The position numbers and the translations under genes are program-made. Under the pieces are notes generated by a model. That model searched no databases and had not been told where the DNA came from. It saw only the letters and a program-made list of their open reading frames with translations. Of a stretch of DNA of 64,000 bases, positions 18,051 through 26,569 are shown in pieces. The DNA is from a virus. Position 1 is the first letter of the stretch. Every line of letters starts with the position of its first letter. The stretch is from positions 1 to 64,000 of the IMG/VR virus record IMGVR_UViG_3300025736_000010. One strand, written 5' to 3'.

Positions 18051-18472
18051 TATTCCTCCCTTGAGTTTTTGTACATCACGTAGAATATACAAATACTTCT
18101 CAGCAAGTTCTTCCTAAATTCGCCGAAATCATTTATATCTTCGATTTCAGTAAACATAATAGGAATCTCGTTTTCGCCGTCGAATGGAAATCCTCCAATC
18201 AGTATCCCTGGTGTTTTTGTATTTACGTCGGCGGTATTGATGGCCAATCCATTGCCATCTGCTGAAACTTCGCGTAAAAGCTCCAATGCAAAATTAGCAT
18301 TACTTGTCGGGCAGAACTCGGTCTGTAAATGACATAATGCTCCATCCTTATCTACCCATCCGCCTTCACCTGCAAGACTCCTAAGTTCAAGGCCGGAAGC
18401 CTCTGCTACAAGTGAGTCTAGTTCATTGTCAGTTTTTGTCGCGTAATAGGTTGCATTAAATGTGATTTCCAT
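18050..18472 (-). CDS. Phage ABA-sandwich/NinX-like protein
   Basis: TDNELDSLVAEA.G...FCPTSN...A..LL...RSIC. Confidence 0.6.
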   Translation of the reverse strand: MEITFNATYYATKTDNELDSLVAEASGLELRSLAGEGGWVDKDGALCHLQTEFCPTSNANFALELLREVSADGNGLAINTADVNTKTPGILIGGFPFDGENEIPIMFTEIEDINDFGEFRKNLLRSICIFYVMYKNSREE

Positions 18473-18486
18473 TTTTACTCTCCTTG

Positions 18487-18696
18487 TTATGCTGGCATCT
18501 CATTGTATGCCGAGCATTCTTCGTGATCTCGCGGATCGTACTCTTCCCAATCAACCGCCATCTTATCTTCTTTCGGCACTCTTATATCAAGCATAATAGT
18601 GTGATTCTTCCAATACTTTTTGTCTGGATTTGATTCCCGCCTAATAGCTGATCGCACATGACAAATAATCTTTGCGTCTTCGTAGGTCATTTTCAC
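18487..18696 (-). CDS. hypothetical protein
   Basis: AAAGGAG RBS. Confidence 0.7.
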   Translation of the reverse strand: MKMTYEDAKIICHVRSAIRRESNPDKKYWKNHTIMLDIRVPKEDKMAVDWEEYDPRDHEECSAYNEMPA

Positions 18697-18953
18697 TCTC
18701 CTTTACACTGATCGTCTTGCTCGCAAACAATCTCCGGCAAGCGATTAAACTCGTTTAGTTCCTTCTTCAACCTTTCGTCTTCTTTCCAAGTTTCGATACA
18801 ATCACAAGCTCTTTCCTTAGTTACCCACCTAATCGTTGGCTTGTATGGAAGACACCAACTAGAGTTATCTACAAACAATCCATACCACCACCAAAAACGT
18901 CCCTTAAATTGTGCGCCATATTTATCTCCCTTGCGGACGAGTCTGTATTTCAT
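18693..18953 (-). CDS. hypothetical protein
   Basis: GGAGGT RBS; promoter TTGACT-17-TATAAT at 18976-19004. Confidence 0.7.
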   Translation of the reverse strand: MKYRLVRKGDKYGAQFKGRFWWWYGLFVDNSSWCLPYKPTIRWVTKERACDCIETWKEDERLKKELNEFNRLPEIVCEQDDQCKGE

Positions 18954-19058
18954 GTTCCCACCTCCCATTTGTACCATTATACACTGTTCTTACTCAAAAG
19001 TCAAGCGGAGAATAATCGTCATAATTCTTATCGTACTGCCAGTCTTTCGCTGCGTTGC

Positions 19059-19316
19059 TCATGATTTCTCCTCTGATAGCGCACGTATTCTGATGTGGCA
19101 GTGAGTAAGCGCTGCGTCTGCGTCTGGGAATGGCTCAAATTGCTGTTTTGCCCAAGCCATAGACATAACTTCTTCGCACTCCTCAATCACCGTTTTGCGG
19201 ATATCCTCCGCCTTATCAAACTCCGCCTCAATCGCATACAACTCAACCTGCGCTTCAAGTGCATCACGAACATCAGACCCATTATCTATGCACCTCTTAA
19301 TCGCTTCAGTTTTCAT
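19059..19316 (-). CDS. hypothetical protein; N-terminus resembles 8928-9287
   Basis: AAAGGAG RBS. Confidence 0.65.
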   Translation of the reverse strand: MKTEAIKRCIDNGSDVRDALEAQVELYAIEAEFDKAEDIRKTVIEECEEVMSMAWAKQQFEPFPDADAALTHCHIRIRALSEEKS

Positions 19317-19737
19317 GGGTTTCTCCTTTTTTGAATGTATAGTAGGCGTAGGTGCTGTCGCCATCATCATTCTCTCTATTGACAAGCATATCGCCTGCTT
19401 TCTTGACCGCATCGTTGCTAAATCCGCCAACTCCGTTTTCTCTTGTACAAACACATACACAGCCATCCTCTACGAATGCGCTTCTGAATCTACAGAAGTC
19501 ATCGCTTGTCAGACCTACGCCAACCATATCCAGAATTGCTTGTTCTTTTTCCTGTCGTTTCTTGCGGTCCTCGTCTCTTCGCGCTATTTCTTTTACGGTC
19601 ACTGCGATCTCGTCTTCCGTCGCCGGTCTTAGGTTTTGCTTATCTGAGGTCATATAGCTTGGCGTATGAAAATACTTACCATCTATCCAACCGACGTGTC
19701 CTGAATTGTTGACAACCCATTCTCGTTTTTTATCCAT
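19306..19737 (-). CDS. hypothetical protein (RFRSAF...TRENG...DD.DSTYA.Y.F)
   Basis: AAAGGAG RBS; promoter 19764-19792. Confidence 0.8.
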   Translation of the reverse strand: MDKKREWVVNNSGHVGWIDGKYFHTPSYMTSDKQNLRPATEDEIAVTVKEIARRDEDRKKRQEKEQAILDMVGVGLTSDDFCRFRSAFVEDGCVCVCTRENGVGGFSNDAVKKAGDMLVNRENDDGDSTYAYYTFKKGETHEN

Positions 19738-19795
19738 AATTTCTCCTTTTCGAGCGTTTCACAAGCATACACTATTCAAGATAGAAAGTCAATTT

Positions 19796-19924
19796 GATGG
19801 CTGGCCAGATCTTGCGAATTTCTGTCAACTCGCCTAAGTCATAGCCTGTTCGCCGATTAAGGTTTGCAGTCAGGCAGCACATTCGATAGCGGTTACTGGC
19901 TTAGCCGTCGGATTCTCAGCCATC
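19796..19924 (-). ncRNA. putative structured RNA A (129 nt)
   Basis: Predicted +1 is the first base of an 8-bp closing stem GATGGCTG/CAGCCATC; a second promoter follows immediately. Confidence 0.7.
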
Positions 19925-19930
19925 GAAATG

Positions 19931-20053
19931 ATTATACTGCATTCGGAGAAGAAAGTCAAGCCCTTGTAATTTGTAGTGAGTGGTGGTATAATTGGAACGT
20001 GTGGAAAGGCCGACTTGAATCGCCTTGACAGATGCGGGAGAATAGTGTATAAT
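19931..20053. promoter_or_regulatory. divergent promoter cluster at the strand switch
   Basis: - strand TTGACT-17-TATAAT (19931-19959); + strand TTGTAA-17-TATAAT (19964-19992) and TTGACA-17-TATAAT (20025-20053). Confidence 0.85.
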
Positions 20054-20059
20054 AGTTTC

Positions 20060-20238
20060 ATAGTGAACACCAAAAGGAAGTCACAAAATTTGCAGCGTTT
20101 CGGGGGCAATCAAAGCCCAAATCCCGTTCACTATCCGGGGCGCTGCTATTCGTTTGAAATAAACATTGGTTGCACGGAGTTGGCTAACGCCATAAAACCT
20201 CCGTGGTACTTCGTGCAATCGATGAAAAATCACGGAGG
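20060..20238 (+). promoter_or_regulatory. structured 5' leader with two predicted pseudoknots, one pairing with the RBS
   Basis: 20060-68/20126-34 crossing 20092-103/20135-46; 20164-80/20208-24 crossing 20198-206/20230-38. Confidence 0.6.
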
Positions 20239-20243
20239 ATTAG

Positions 20244-21401
20244 ATGAGTAACAACGGCGGGAAAATAGTTCTTTCAGACTGGCTAGCAAAGATGCATGAT
20301 TTCACTTCTGTTCCAAACTCGATATTAAGCCATCCAGATATATCTAATCGAGCATTCAGATTGTGGGTTGCGTTGCATTCATTCCATTTCCGTATTAACG
20401 GCAGGATATTCCCTGGAATGGAAAAACTAGCAGAGACTATACACATGTCAAAGTCAACGGTATTTAGGGCAATTAAGGAATTAGAGGAATTGGGACTTGT
20501 TAGTATTAAGCATCGCGGGTTTGACGAGACTAACGAATACACATTGTATGTTCCACAAGATTTAAAACAACCAGGGAATCCAATAGAGTCTTCTGGCAAG
20601 AAACAATCACCCGGCAATGACCGGTCAAATGTGACCGATAGCAGTCGGTCAAATGTGGCAGAAGAAGAAAACAGAGTAATTAAGAAAACTAAGAAAGAAA
20701 AGGAAATCGGAACAAAGGAAAAGAAAGAAAAACGCGGCATAGCCGCTGTCCCTCCTTTAAAAACTAAGGACTCAACTACCAAAACAACACAAAGACCGCA
20801 GTTACGTAACGGCCCATCAACTATCCCTCCCAAAAACCGCTCGTATTTTTCCAGTGGATACATCACAAATACAGACCCTATTAGAGCTTCAGTATCTGGG
20901 CGATACGATAATCTTTTTAGGCGCACAGCGGAAAAGAACGGCCTTGTCGTAACTGAAAAGAAACAAAATAAAGCACTATTAGTGTCAGCATTCCCTGGGT
21001 GCGGCAAAACATGGCTATATACAAATAGCGGCAAAACAGTATTAGACAGCGATAGTAGCACATTCGACAAGAGCGATTTTCCACAAAACTATATCGAGCA
21101 CATTAAACAAAATCTTGACAAAGCAGATATTATACTGATAAGCACACATTCCGACGTAAGAGAAGAACTTGTGCGTGAACACTTGCCATTTACACTTGTT
21201 TATCCTTGCCGAGAATGCAAAAATGAATACATTGAACGATATAAGAAGCGCGGAAGCGATCAGGGCTTTGTGGCTTTATTGGATAAGATGTGGGATACGT
21301 GGATAGATGAATTAGAGGCGCAGAAAGGCTGCGAACACATAGTTCTTTGGCACAACGCATTTCTGTCAGATGCAATTAATAATCTGATAGAAGACACTTG
21401 A
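20244..21401 (+). CDS. HTH replication-initiator-like protein fused to a P-loop NTPase/kinase-like domain
   Basis: FT.VPN.IL...S..A.RL...FP....LAE...SKSTV.RAIKEL...GL; C-terminal AFPGCGKT..LDSDSS..FPQNYIEHIK. Confidence 0.8.
   Translation: MSNNGGKIVLSDWLAKMHDFTSVPNSILSHPDISNRAFRLWVALHSFHFRINGRIFPGMEKLAETIHMSKSTVFRAIKELEELGLVSIKHRGFDETNEYTLYVPQDLKQPGNPIESSGKKQSPGNDRSNVTDSSRSNVAEEENRVIKKTKKEKEIGTKEKKEKRGIAAVPPLKTKDSTTKTTQRPQLRNGPSTIPPKNRSYFSSGYITNTDPIRASVSGRYDNLFRRTAEKNGLVVTEKKQNKALLVSAFPGCGKTWLYTNSGKTVLDSDSSTFDKSDFPQNYIEHIKQNLDKADIILISTHSDVREELVREHLPFTLVYPCRECKNEYIERYKKRGSDQGFVALLDKMWDTWIDELEAQKGCEHIVLWHNAFLSDAINNLIEDT
20622..20657. repeat. iteron-like repeats CGGTCAAATGTG (two copies) inside the initiator gene
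   Basis: 20622 and 20646, 24 bp apart, followed by an A-rich tract. Confidence 0.5.
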
Positions 21402-21464
21402 CAAAGCTAAATCGTTGTGTTAGAATGGGGTTGTAAAATTCATAGAAGACAAGAAGGAGCAAGA

Positions 21465-21707
21465 ATGAACGAAGACACTGTAACAAGCTGGACGGATAAA
21501 GATACATCTGTAGGGATATCCCCATGTGATGAGGCCCAAAAAGAAATATTCCGGCAACGCAAAGATGTGGGATTGCGCCCGGGGGTGAAACTTCACATGA
21601 GTAAACAACTTTACCATGCATTGCTCAAACACCCGTCGGTAACAGCCGAGCAGTTAGAGGATGTATTCGTGGTAAAAACGGTCAATAACCAAGAGGGGCA
21701 AAAATGA
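21465..21707 (+). CDS. hypothetical protein
   Basis: Promoter TTGACA-17-TAGAAT 21398-21426; AAGGAG RBS. Confidence 0.7.
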   Translation: MNEDTVTSWTDKDTSVGISPCDEAQKEIFRQRKDVGLRPGVKLHMSKQLYHALLKHPSVTAEQLEDVFVVKTVNNQEGQK

Positions 21708-21880
21708 TAGGACTTGCTATATGTTGTTACGCCGTTATTGCCGCGCTAGCTAGTATTGTTTCGGTTGAGTGCGGATTGGCCAAAGAAGAATACATCATTA
21801 CAATGAATGAGATTACAATGATTGTTGCAGTTTTAGGGGGAGGCATTTCTATTGTCGAACTTATCGTGGCAATTATATAG
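21704..21880 (+). CDS. small protein with two predicted TM segments
   Basis: ATGA overlap; two hydrophobic stretches. Confidence 0.55.
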   Translation: MIGLAICCYAVIAALASIVSVECGLAKEEYIITMNEITMIVAVLGGGISIVELIVAII

Positions 21881-21922
21881 TGGTGGCGTCGTAAATAAAA
21901 ACATATAGCGGGGGAGGGTAGT

Positions 21923-22168
21923 ATGAGATTAAGAGATACCGTAAATACGATAGAAAAAGAAATAACCGACTTGCGATTAAGGATTGAATTCCTTGAGTGC
22001 GAACATGAGTATGCGCTTGATAGGGTATTGAGATATATGGGCATGTATGAGCCTCACAGGTATGTGCACGCGCTTAAATGTTCAAAGTGCGGGCATATAC
22101 TAAAATACCTGTCAGAAAAAGAATACCTTTTGGCAAAGTTCGTGGAAGAAAGGAGAGAAAATGCTTGA
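21923..22168 (+). CDS. hypothetical protein (CSKCG)
   Basis: GGAGGG RBS. Confidence 0.65.
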   Translation: MRLRDTVNTIEKEITDLRLRIEFLECEHEYALDRVLRYMGMYEPHRYVHALKCSKCGHILKYLSEKEYLLAKFVEERRENA

Positions 22169-22907
22169 GATTAACAAAATATACAAAGGCGACTGCCTTG
22201 AAGTTATGAAAGACATAGACGATTGTTCTATTGATTTGATTTTAGCAGATCCGCCATACGGAACAGTCCAATGCAAATGGGATACAGTTATTCCTTTTGA
22301 GCCTATGTGGGAACATCTCAAGCGTATCATTAAACCTAACGGCGCAATTATGATGACTGCAAGCCAGCCGTTTACAACTGCGTTAATTTCTAGCAACATG
22401 AAGGCATTTAAGTATTGCTGGGTTTGGAACAAGAAGCGCGTGTCTAATCCCGCTATGGCAAAAAAACAGCCATTACGAAACACAGAAGACATTATTGTTT
22501 TTAACGCTGGGGTGTATTATCCTCAAGGTTTAGTAGAGTGCACAAAGAAACTTGGTGGTAACAAAAGTGGTTCTTCTGGCCTGTCTACAGAGGTAAAAAA
22601 GGACGATTACATGCAAGAAAAAACCAATTACCCAAGAGTTTTGCTGGAAATATCGGCCGACAATTATGGTAAAAATTGTTTTCACCCAACCCAAAAGCCA
22701 GTAGCGTTAATGGAATATCTAATCAAGACATACACCCATGAAAGCGATACGGTATTGGACTTTGCTTGTGGTTCAGGCACAACCGGAATCGCCGCAATAA
22801 ACACAAACCGCAACTTCATCCTAATCGAAAAGGACGAGAAGTACTACGAAATAGCGAAGAAACGAATAGAAGACACAATCAAAGACAAAGCGCAACGATT
22901 ATTTTAA
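22161..22907 (+). CDS. site-specific DNA methyltransferase (N6-A/N4-C, beta class)
   Basis: GDCLE, DPPY, HPTQKP, VLDFACGSGTT. Confidence 0.95.
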   Translation: MLEINKIYKGDCLEVMKDIDDCSIDLILADPPYGTVQCKWDTVIPFEPMWEHLKRIIKPNGAIMMTASQPFTTALISSNMKAFKYCWVWNKKRVSNPAMAKKQPLRNTEDIIVFNAGVYYPQGLVECTKKLGGNKSGSSGLSTEVKKDDYMQEKTNYPRVLLEISADNYGKNCFHPTQKPVALMEYLIKTYTHESDTVLDFACGSGTTGIAAINTNRNFILIEKDEKYYEIAKKRIEDTIKDKAQRLF

Positions 22908-23030
22908 TCCGTAACTGAAAAGAACTATCCGATTCATGAAAACTTGGATGGAAACACAAACCCCATAGAAGACACTTGACAAAGCGACAGAATCGGCGTA
23001 TAATGGCTAAAACAGATAACTGGAGGAAAA

Positions 23031-23333
23031 ATGAAGACAGTTCAAACTATAGTGAACGAGATCAACGAAGCAGGCATCTGCTCACCTCATTGGGTAGAAG
23101 ATGAAATTGATATGGACGATGCCGAGGAAGTGGCGACAGTGGATCGTGACGAGCACCGTTGGTACGTCATTGGAACTGTCGTCTACAAGCTGGGCGATGC
23201 GTTCTTTGGCGTATGTGGGCCGATATCCCTTAAATCCGAGTCTATGGGATTTGATGATGTAGAGGTGGGATGCACGGCATTTGAAATGGAAGCCATTCCA
23301 TCCGTATCGTATAGACGCAAGAAACAATTGTAA
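23031..23333 (+). CDS. hypothetical protein (DEHRWY motif)
   Basis: Promoter TTGACA-17-TATAAT 22976-23004; GGAGG RBS. Confidence 0.8.
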   Translation: MKTVQTIVNEINEAGICSPHWVEDEIDMDDAEEVATVDRDEHRWYVIGTVVYKLGDAFFGVCGPISLKSESMGFDDVEVGCTAFEMEAIPSVSYRRKKQL

Positions 23334-23404
23334 GTTGAGCTATTAAGAAAATCCGAACACTTGACAACGTACTGAAAGTGGTGTATACTGGTTTTGAAAA
23401 GGTT

Positions 23405-23566
23405 CCTCCCCGATGACAAGAGCCCAGGGGGTTCTGCCGTAGTTAAAGCCGATGATAATGCCCTATGGCGCAGGAGGCGACAAGGCTAGTTGGGGAGGTC
23501 AAAAAGCAGGCGCGGTTACGGTGTCCGCTGCCAGGCGCAAGTTAGATTAACGGCACGTAGCCGCGT
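23405..23566 (+). ncRNA. putative structured leader or ncRNA D
   Basis: After promoter 23361-23389; stems CCTCCCCGA/TTGGGGAGG and GCGCGGTTACG/CGTAGCCGCGT. Confidence 0.5.
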
Positions 23567-23583
23567 CACCAAAAGGAGACATT

Positions 23584-23793
23584 ATGTGGCCAAAAAACTT
23601 CGACGAATTTTGCGAATTTAAAGGATGCAAACACATGTGTAGCGAATACAGAACCGCTGGATATGGAATGCAGGACGCGAAAGCCGTGTCGTGTCTGCTA
23701 ATCGGGCCTTCTATGCATATAACCGAATACCCTGATAATTGTCCTTATATTGATGAAATTATAGAATATGAAGGGAGGAATAATGAGAACTGA
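23584..23793 (+). CDS. Cys-rich hypothetical protein
   Basis: AAAGGAG RBS. Confidence 0.7.
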   Translation: MWPKNFDEFCEFKGCKHMCSEYRTAGYGMQDAKAVSCLLIGPSMHITEYPDNCPYIDEIIEYEGRNNEN

Positions 23794-24259
23794 GGCAGAG
23801 GCGTATGCCGATAGATCTACTCACTTGTATGTCGGTGATGTGAATGGTAGCGTAGAATTAAATGACTCGTTAATGCCAGTGAATAAGACGTATAACGATT
23901 ACGCTAACGGAGAACCATTGGAGAAAGACATAGCTATCGCAATTGACGCAATGTTTTCTGGCAATGAATACAAAAGTCCGTTTGGTAAACCATTTCCAGT
24001 TGAACCAGCAGAACACGTAGGCGAATGTAAGCACGGTATAGGCGTCAGCATTGCTGGTGGAGTGAATTGTATGATGTGCGAATACTGGATACCTAACAAC
24101 AAAGAAACAGGGTTTGGTATAAAACTTGAAATTGGAACCCTCAAAAAAGAGAACGATGAGATGAGGAATCTGCTGCAACGCATATCAGATGAGTCTTGCT
24201 TTGACGAGTCTAACGCAAAAGCGATGAACGCAATAGACTTATTCTTGAAAGGAGAGTAA
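23783..24259 (+). CDS. hypothetical protein
   Basis: GGGAGG RBS. Confidence 0.7.
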   Translation: MRTEAEAYADRSTHLYVGDVNGSVELNDSLMPVNKTYNDYANGEPLEKDIAIAIDAMFSGNEYKSPFGKPFPVEPAEHVGECKHGIGVSIAGGVNCMMCEYWIPNNKETGFGIKLEIGTLKKENDEMRNLLQRISDESCFDESNAKAMNAIDLFLKGE

Positions 24260-24262
24260 ATT

Positions 24263-24546
24263 ATGGACAACGCTAAAGTAAATAAGCTGCTAAAGGCCAA
24301 GGGAAAACTAGAGTGCGCTATTACAAAAGCAGTTGCAAACACAATTACTGCGTGGAAAAAAGAAAATGACTTAGAAGTTACATATATCGACATTGACGTT
24401 GAACCTATTATCACAATGGGCCACAGTATCCACGGTATATAATCGGACTCACAACTGTTGACTTGCTGACTAAAGACGGAGCAAAAATTACACGCTCTGG
24501 CATTTCGTACCCAGTTCCGCAAAGAAAAATGGACGGAAGTTATTAG
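24263..24546 (+). pseudogene. hypothetical gene with apparent frameshift near 24425
   Basis: MDNAKV...TMGH stops at 24442; the -1 frame continues YPRYIIGLTTVDL... to 24546. Confidence 0.45.
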
Positions 24547-24580
24547 CGCCGCGAAAACAAATAGCAAAAGGGAGGAATAA

Positions 24581-24805
24581 ATGCCTACATGGGGAATAGT
24601 GCTTTTGATTATTGGATATTTAGGTATTGGGATGGTGGTAAACTGGTGGGCGTGTGATTATCGCCGTGATCGTATGCAAGAATATTGGGCTATGATTATA
24701 ATTTGGCCACTAGTTGTTATTCCGCCAGCGGTACTTTGGGTAATAGAGCGGGTATACAGGGCTGCAAAATGGATGCGAGCGAGATGTCGGCGTGAAAACA
24801 CATAA
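24581..24805 (+). CDS. small membrane protein
   Basis: GGGAGG RBS; two hydrophobic segments. Confidence 0.7.
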   Translation: MPTWGIVLLIIGYLGIGMVVNWWACDYRRDRMQEYWAMIIIWPLVVIPPAVLWVIERVYRAAKWMRARCRRENT

Positions 24806-25088
24806 AGAATACCTAGAGAAGATGTTGCGGGATGAAAAATTCGCAAAAGGATATTACCGCGAACTTAGAAAACTAAGAAGGAGAATAAATATGAACACTG
24901 ACACACACAGAGGGTTGATAGAAGAAACATTGTGCGCTGTTTTTCTATGCGCTGGATTTATTGCATTTAACGCTGGATTCCCAACATGGGCAAAGATATT
25001 GTGGGGGAAGGCGGCGTGGGATTTGTTGTGCGCGTTTATGTATTATGGGAAAGGGAAAGCGTCGGAAGTGTTTGACAAAGAGGAGTAA
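24792..25088 (+). CDS. hypothetical membrane protein (alternative start 24891)
   Basis: AAGGAG before ATG 24891. Confidence 0.55.
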   Translation: MKTHKEYLEKMLRDEKFAKGYYRELRKLRRRINMNTDTHRGLIEETLCAVFLCAGFIAFNAGFPTWAKILWGKAAWDLLCAFMYYGKGKASEVFDKEE

Positions 25089-25090
25089 AA

Positions 25091-25330
25091 GTGGATAAGG
25101 GGAGAACGATTGATACTGATTCAGTGCTCGCACTATTGTTAGGCGGGGATGTGTGGAAAGATCCAGATGAGTTGATCGAAAAGGCGTTGGTTGACATCGA
25201 AAAGCTGCGAGAGATTGAGTGGATAAACGATCCTGAATATGATGAGCGATATTGCCAAGTGTGTCAAGAGTTTGAGGATGACGGACACACTGATAGCTGC
25301 TGGTTAGGAAATTTACTGAGCGGTTGTTGA
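25091..25330 (+). CDS. hypothetical protein (C..C...GH...CWL)
   Basis: GAGGAG RBS. Confidence 0.7.
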   Translation: MDKGRTIDTDSVLALLLGGDVWKDPDELIEKALVDIEKLREIEWINDPEYDERYCQVCQEFEDDGHTDSCWLGNLLSGC

Positions 25331-25465
25331 TAGGAACAGTTGAATCGTTGGAAAACGGCGTTGAAACAAAACCATAATTGAAAGCAGTTAGAGGGTTTGA
25401 CAAACCTGTAGAAATGCGGCGAGAACAAACGCCACACTAATTGAAGCTGTTAAAAGGGAGATAAC

Positions 25466-25744
25466 GTGAAAGAGAGAGCGACACAGAAAGACATCAAGCC
25501 TGATTGTATAAACGTTCCTTTGGATGGCAGTCATTACGTTGATAAGTTTGTAAGCGACCATATCATAGTGACGCTTGATTTTATCCCTGTAACCGAACGG
25601 TTGCCAGACGAAAGATTGAAAGACAAGCAATGTCTGTGCCTATCTCATGTTGTAACACCAGCCTATCGGATCATAGCAGGGCAATTCGTTAAATTTGCTA
25701 CTGACTGTAGCCACTGGGCAGAGATCCAGACTGCCAATGAATAG
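25466..25744 (+). CDS. DUF551-like protein (FIPVTERLP...SHW)
   Basis: AAAGGGAG RBS; motif. Confidence 0.65.
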   Translation: MKERATQKDIKPDCINVPLDGSHYVDKFVSDHIIVTLDFIPVTERLPDERLKDKQCLCLSHVVTPAYRIIAGQFVKFATDCSHWAEIQTANE

Positions 25745-25810
25745 TAATGTAATTAGAAAAAGTGAGCGACGAAACCAATACCGTAACTGAGATGTTAAAA
25801 GGGGGATAAC

Positions 25811-26434
25811 ATGAAAGAGAGAGCAATACTATTCAACGGAGAGATGGTTAGAGCCGTATTAGACGGAAGGAAGACACAAACGCGACGGGTTGTTAAAACT
25901 GGAATACTAGCCCACTCTGGATTGCGTTATGTGGGTATGCACGAAGACCTTAGCCACGTTGCATTTATTGGGGAAGGATCTGGGACAGAGTATGATTTCA
26001 AGAATCCATACGGACAGATTGGAGACAGGCTTTGGGTAAGAGAGGCATGGAAACCAGATGATTCATTAAAGGGTGGCGGAATTCCTAGAATGGGTATATC
26101 TTACGGCGATGCAGTTCAATGGAAGAGTGGAAACCCAGATCAGTCTGGACCTTGGAAGCCCTCAATCCACATGCCTCGCTGGGCATCACGCATCCTGCTT
26201 GAGACCGTAGACGTTCGCGTTGAACGAGTGCGGGATATCTCTGTGGGCGACATCGAAAGAGAGGGGTTGGTATTTGAATACGGAGGCATCGAGGTAATGA
26301 GATCGGAGGAAAGAGAATTGGGCCTACCTCTCGCATTCGAGGAACTCTGGGACTCCATCAACGCCAAGCGTGGATTCGGATGGGACGTAAATCCGTGGGT
26401 TTGGGTAGTGGAATTCAAGGTGATAACAACTTAA
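25811..26434 (+). CDS. ASCH/PUA-like phage protein
   Basis: MKER.ILF..EMVRA.LDGRKTQTRR, GDRLWVRE, W.PSIHMPRWASRI, W..NPWVWVVEF. Confidence 0.9.
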   Translation: MKERAILFNGEMVRAVLDGRKTQTRRVVKTGILAHSGLRYVGMHEDLSHVAFIGEGSGTEYDFKNPYGQIGDRLWVREAWKPDDSLKGGGIPRMGISYGDAVQWKSGNPDQSGPWKPSIHMPRWASRILLETVDVRVERVRDISVGDIEREGLVFEYGGIEVMRSEERELGLPLAFEELWDSINAKRGFGWDVNPWVWVVEFKVITT

Positions 26435-26487
26435 TCTTGGGAAGTGGGCGACGAAACAAATACCGTAACTGAAAGCCCTTAAAGCAC

Positions 26488-26516
26488 TTGACAAATGAAA
26501 GGAAATAGTGTATAAT
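26488..26516 (+). promoter_or_regulatory. sigma70-type promoter of the portal gene
   Basis: TTGACA-17-TATAAT. Confidence 0.85.
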
Positions 26517-26569
26517 AATATGAATAGGCGGCGAAAACAAAAATACAGTAAAAGGAGCATTCATAAGAG

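Noticed and set aside
19796-19924. Y RNA or tRNA identity for RNAs A-C
   Set aside because: GGCTG/CAGCC ends resemble Y RNA, but the bulged Ro60-binding helix and a T-loop/CCA are not evident.
20240-21070. 276-aa - strand ORF
   Set aside because: Shadow of the initiator gene.
25757-25810. Canonical attC or dif site
   Set aside because: Too short for the attC hairpin and not an 11-6-11 dif match; kept only as a geometric analogy.
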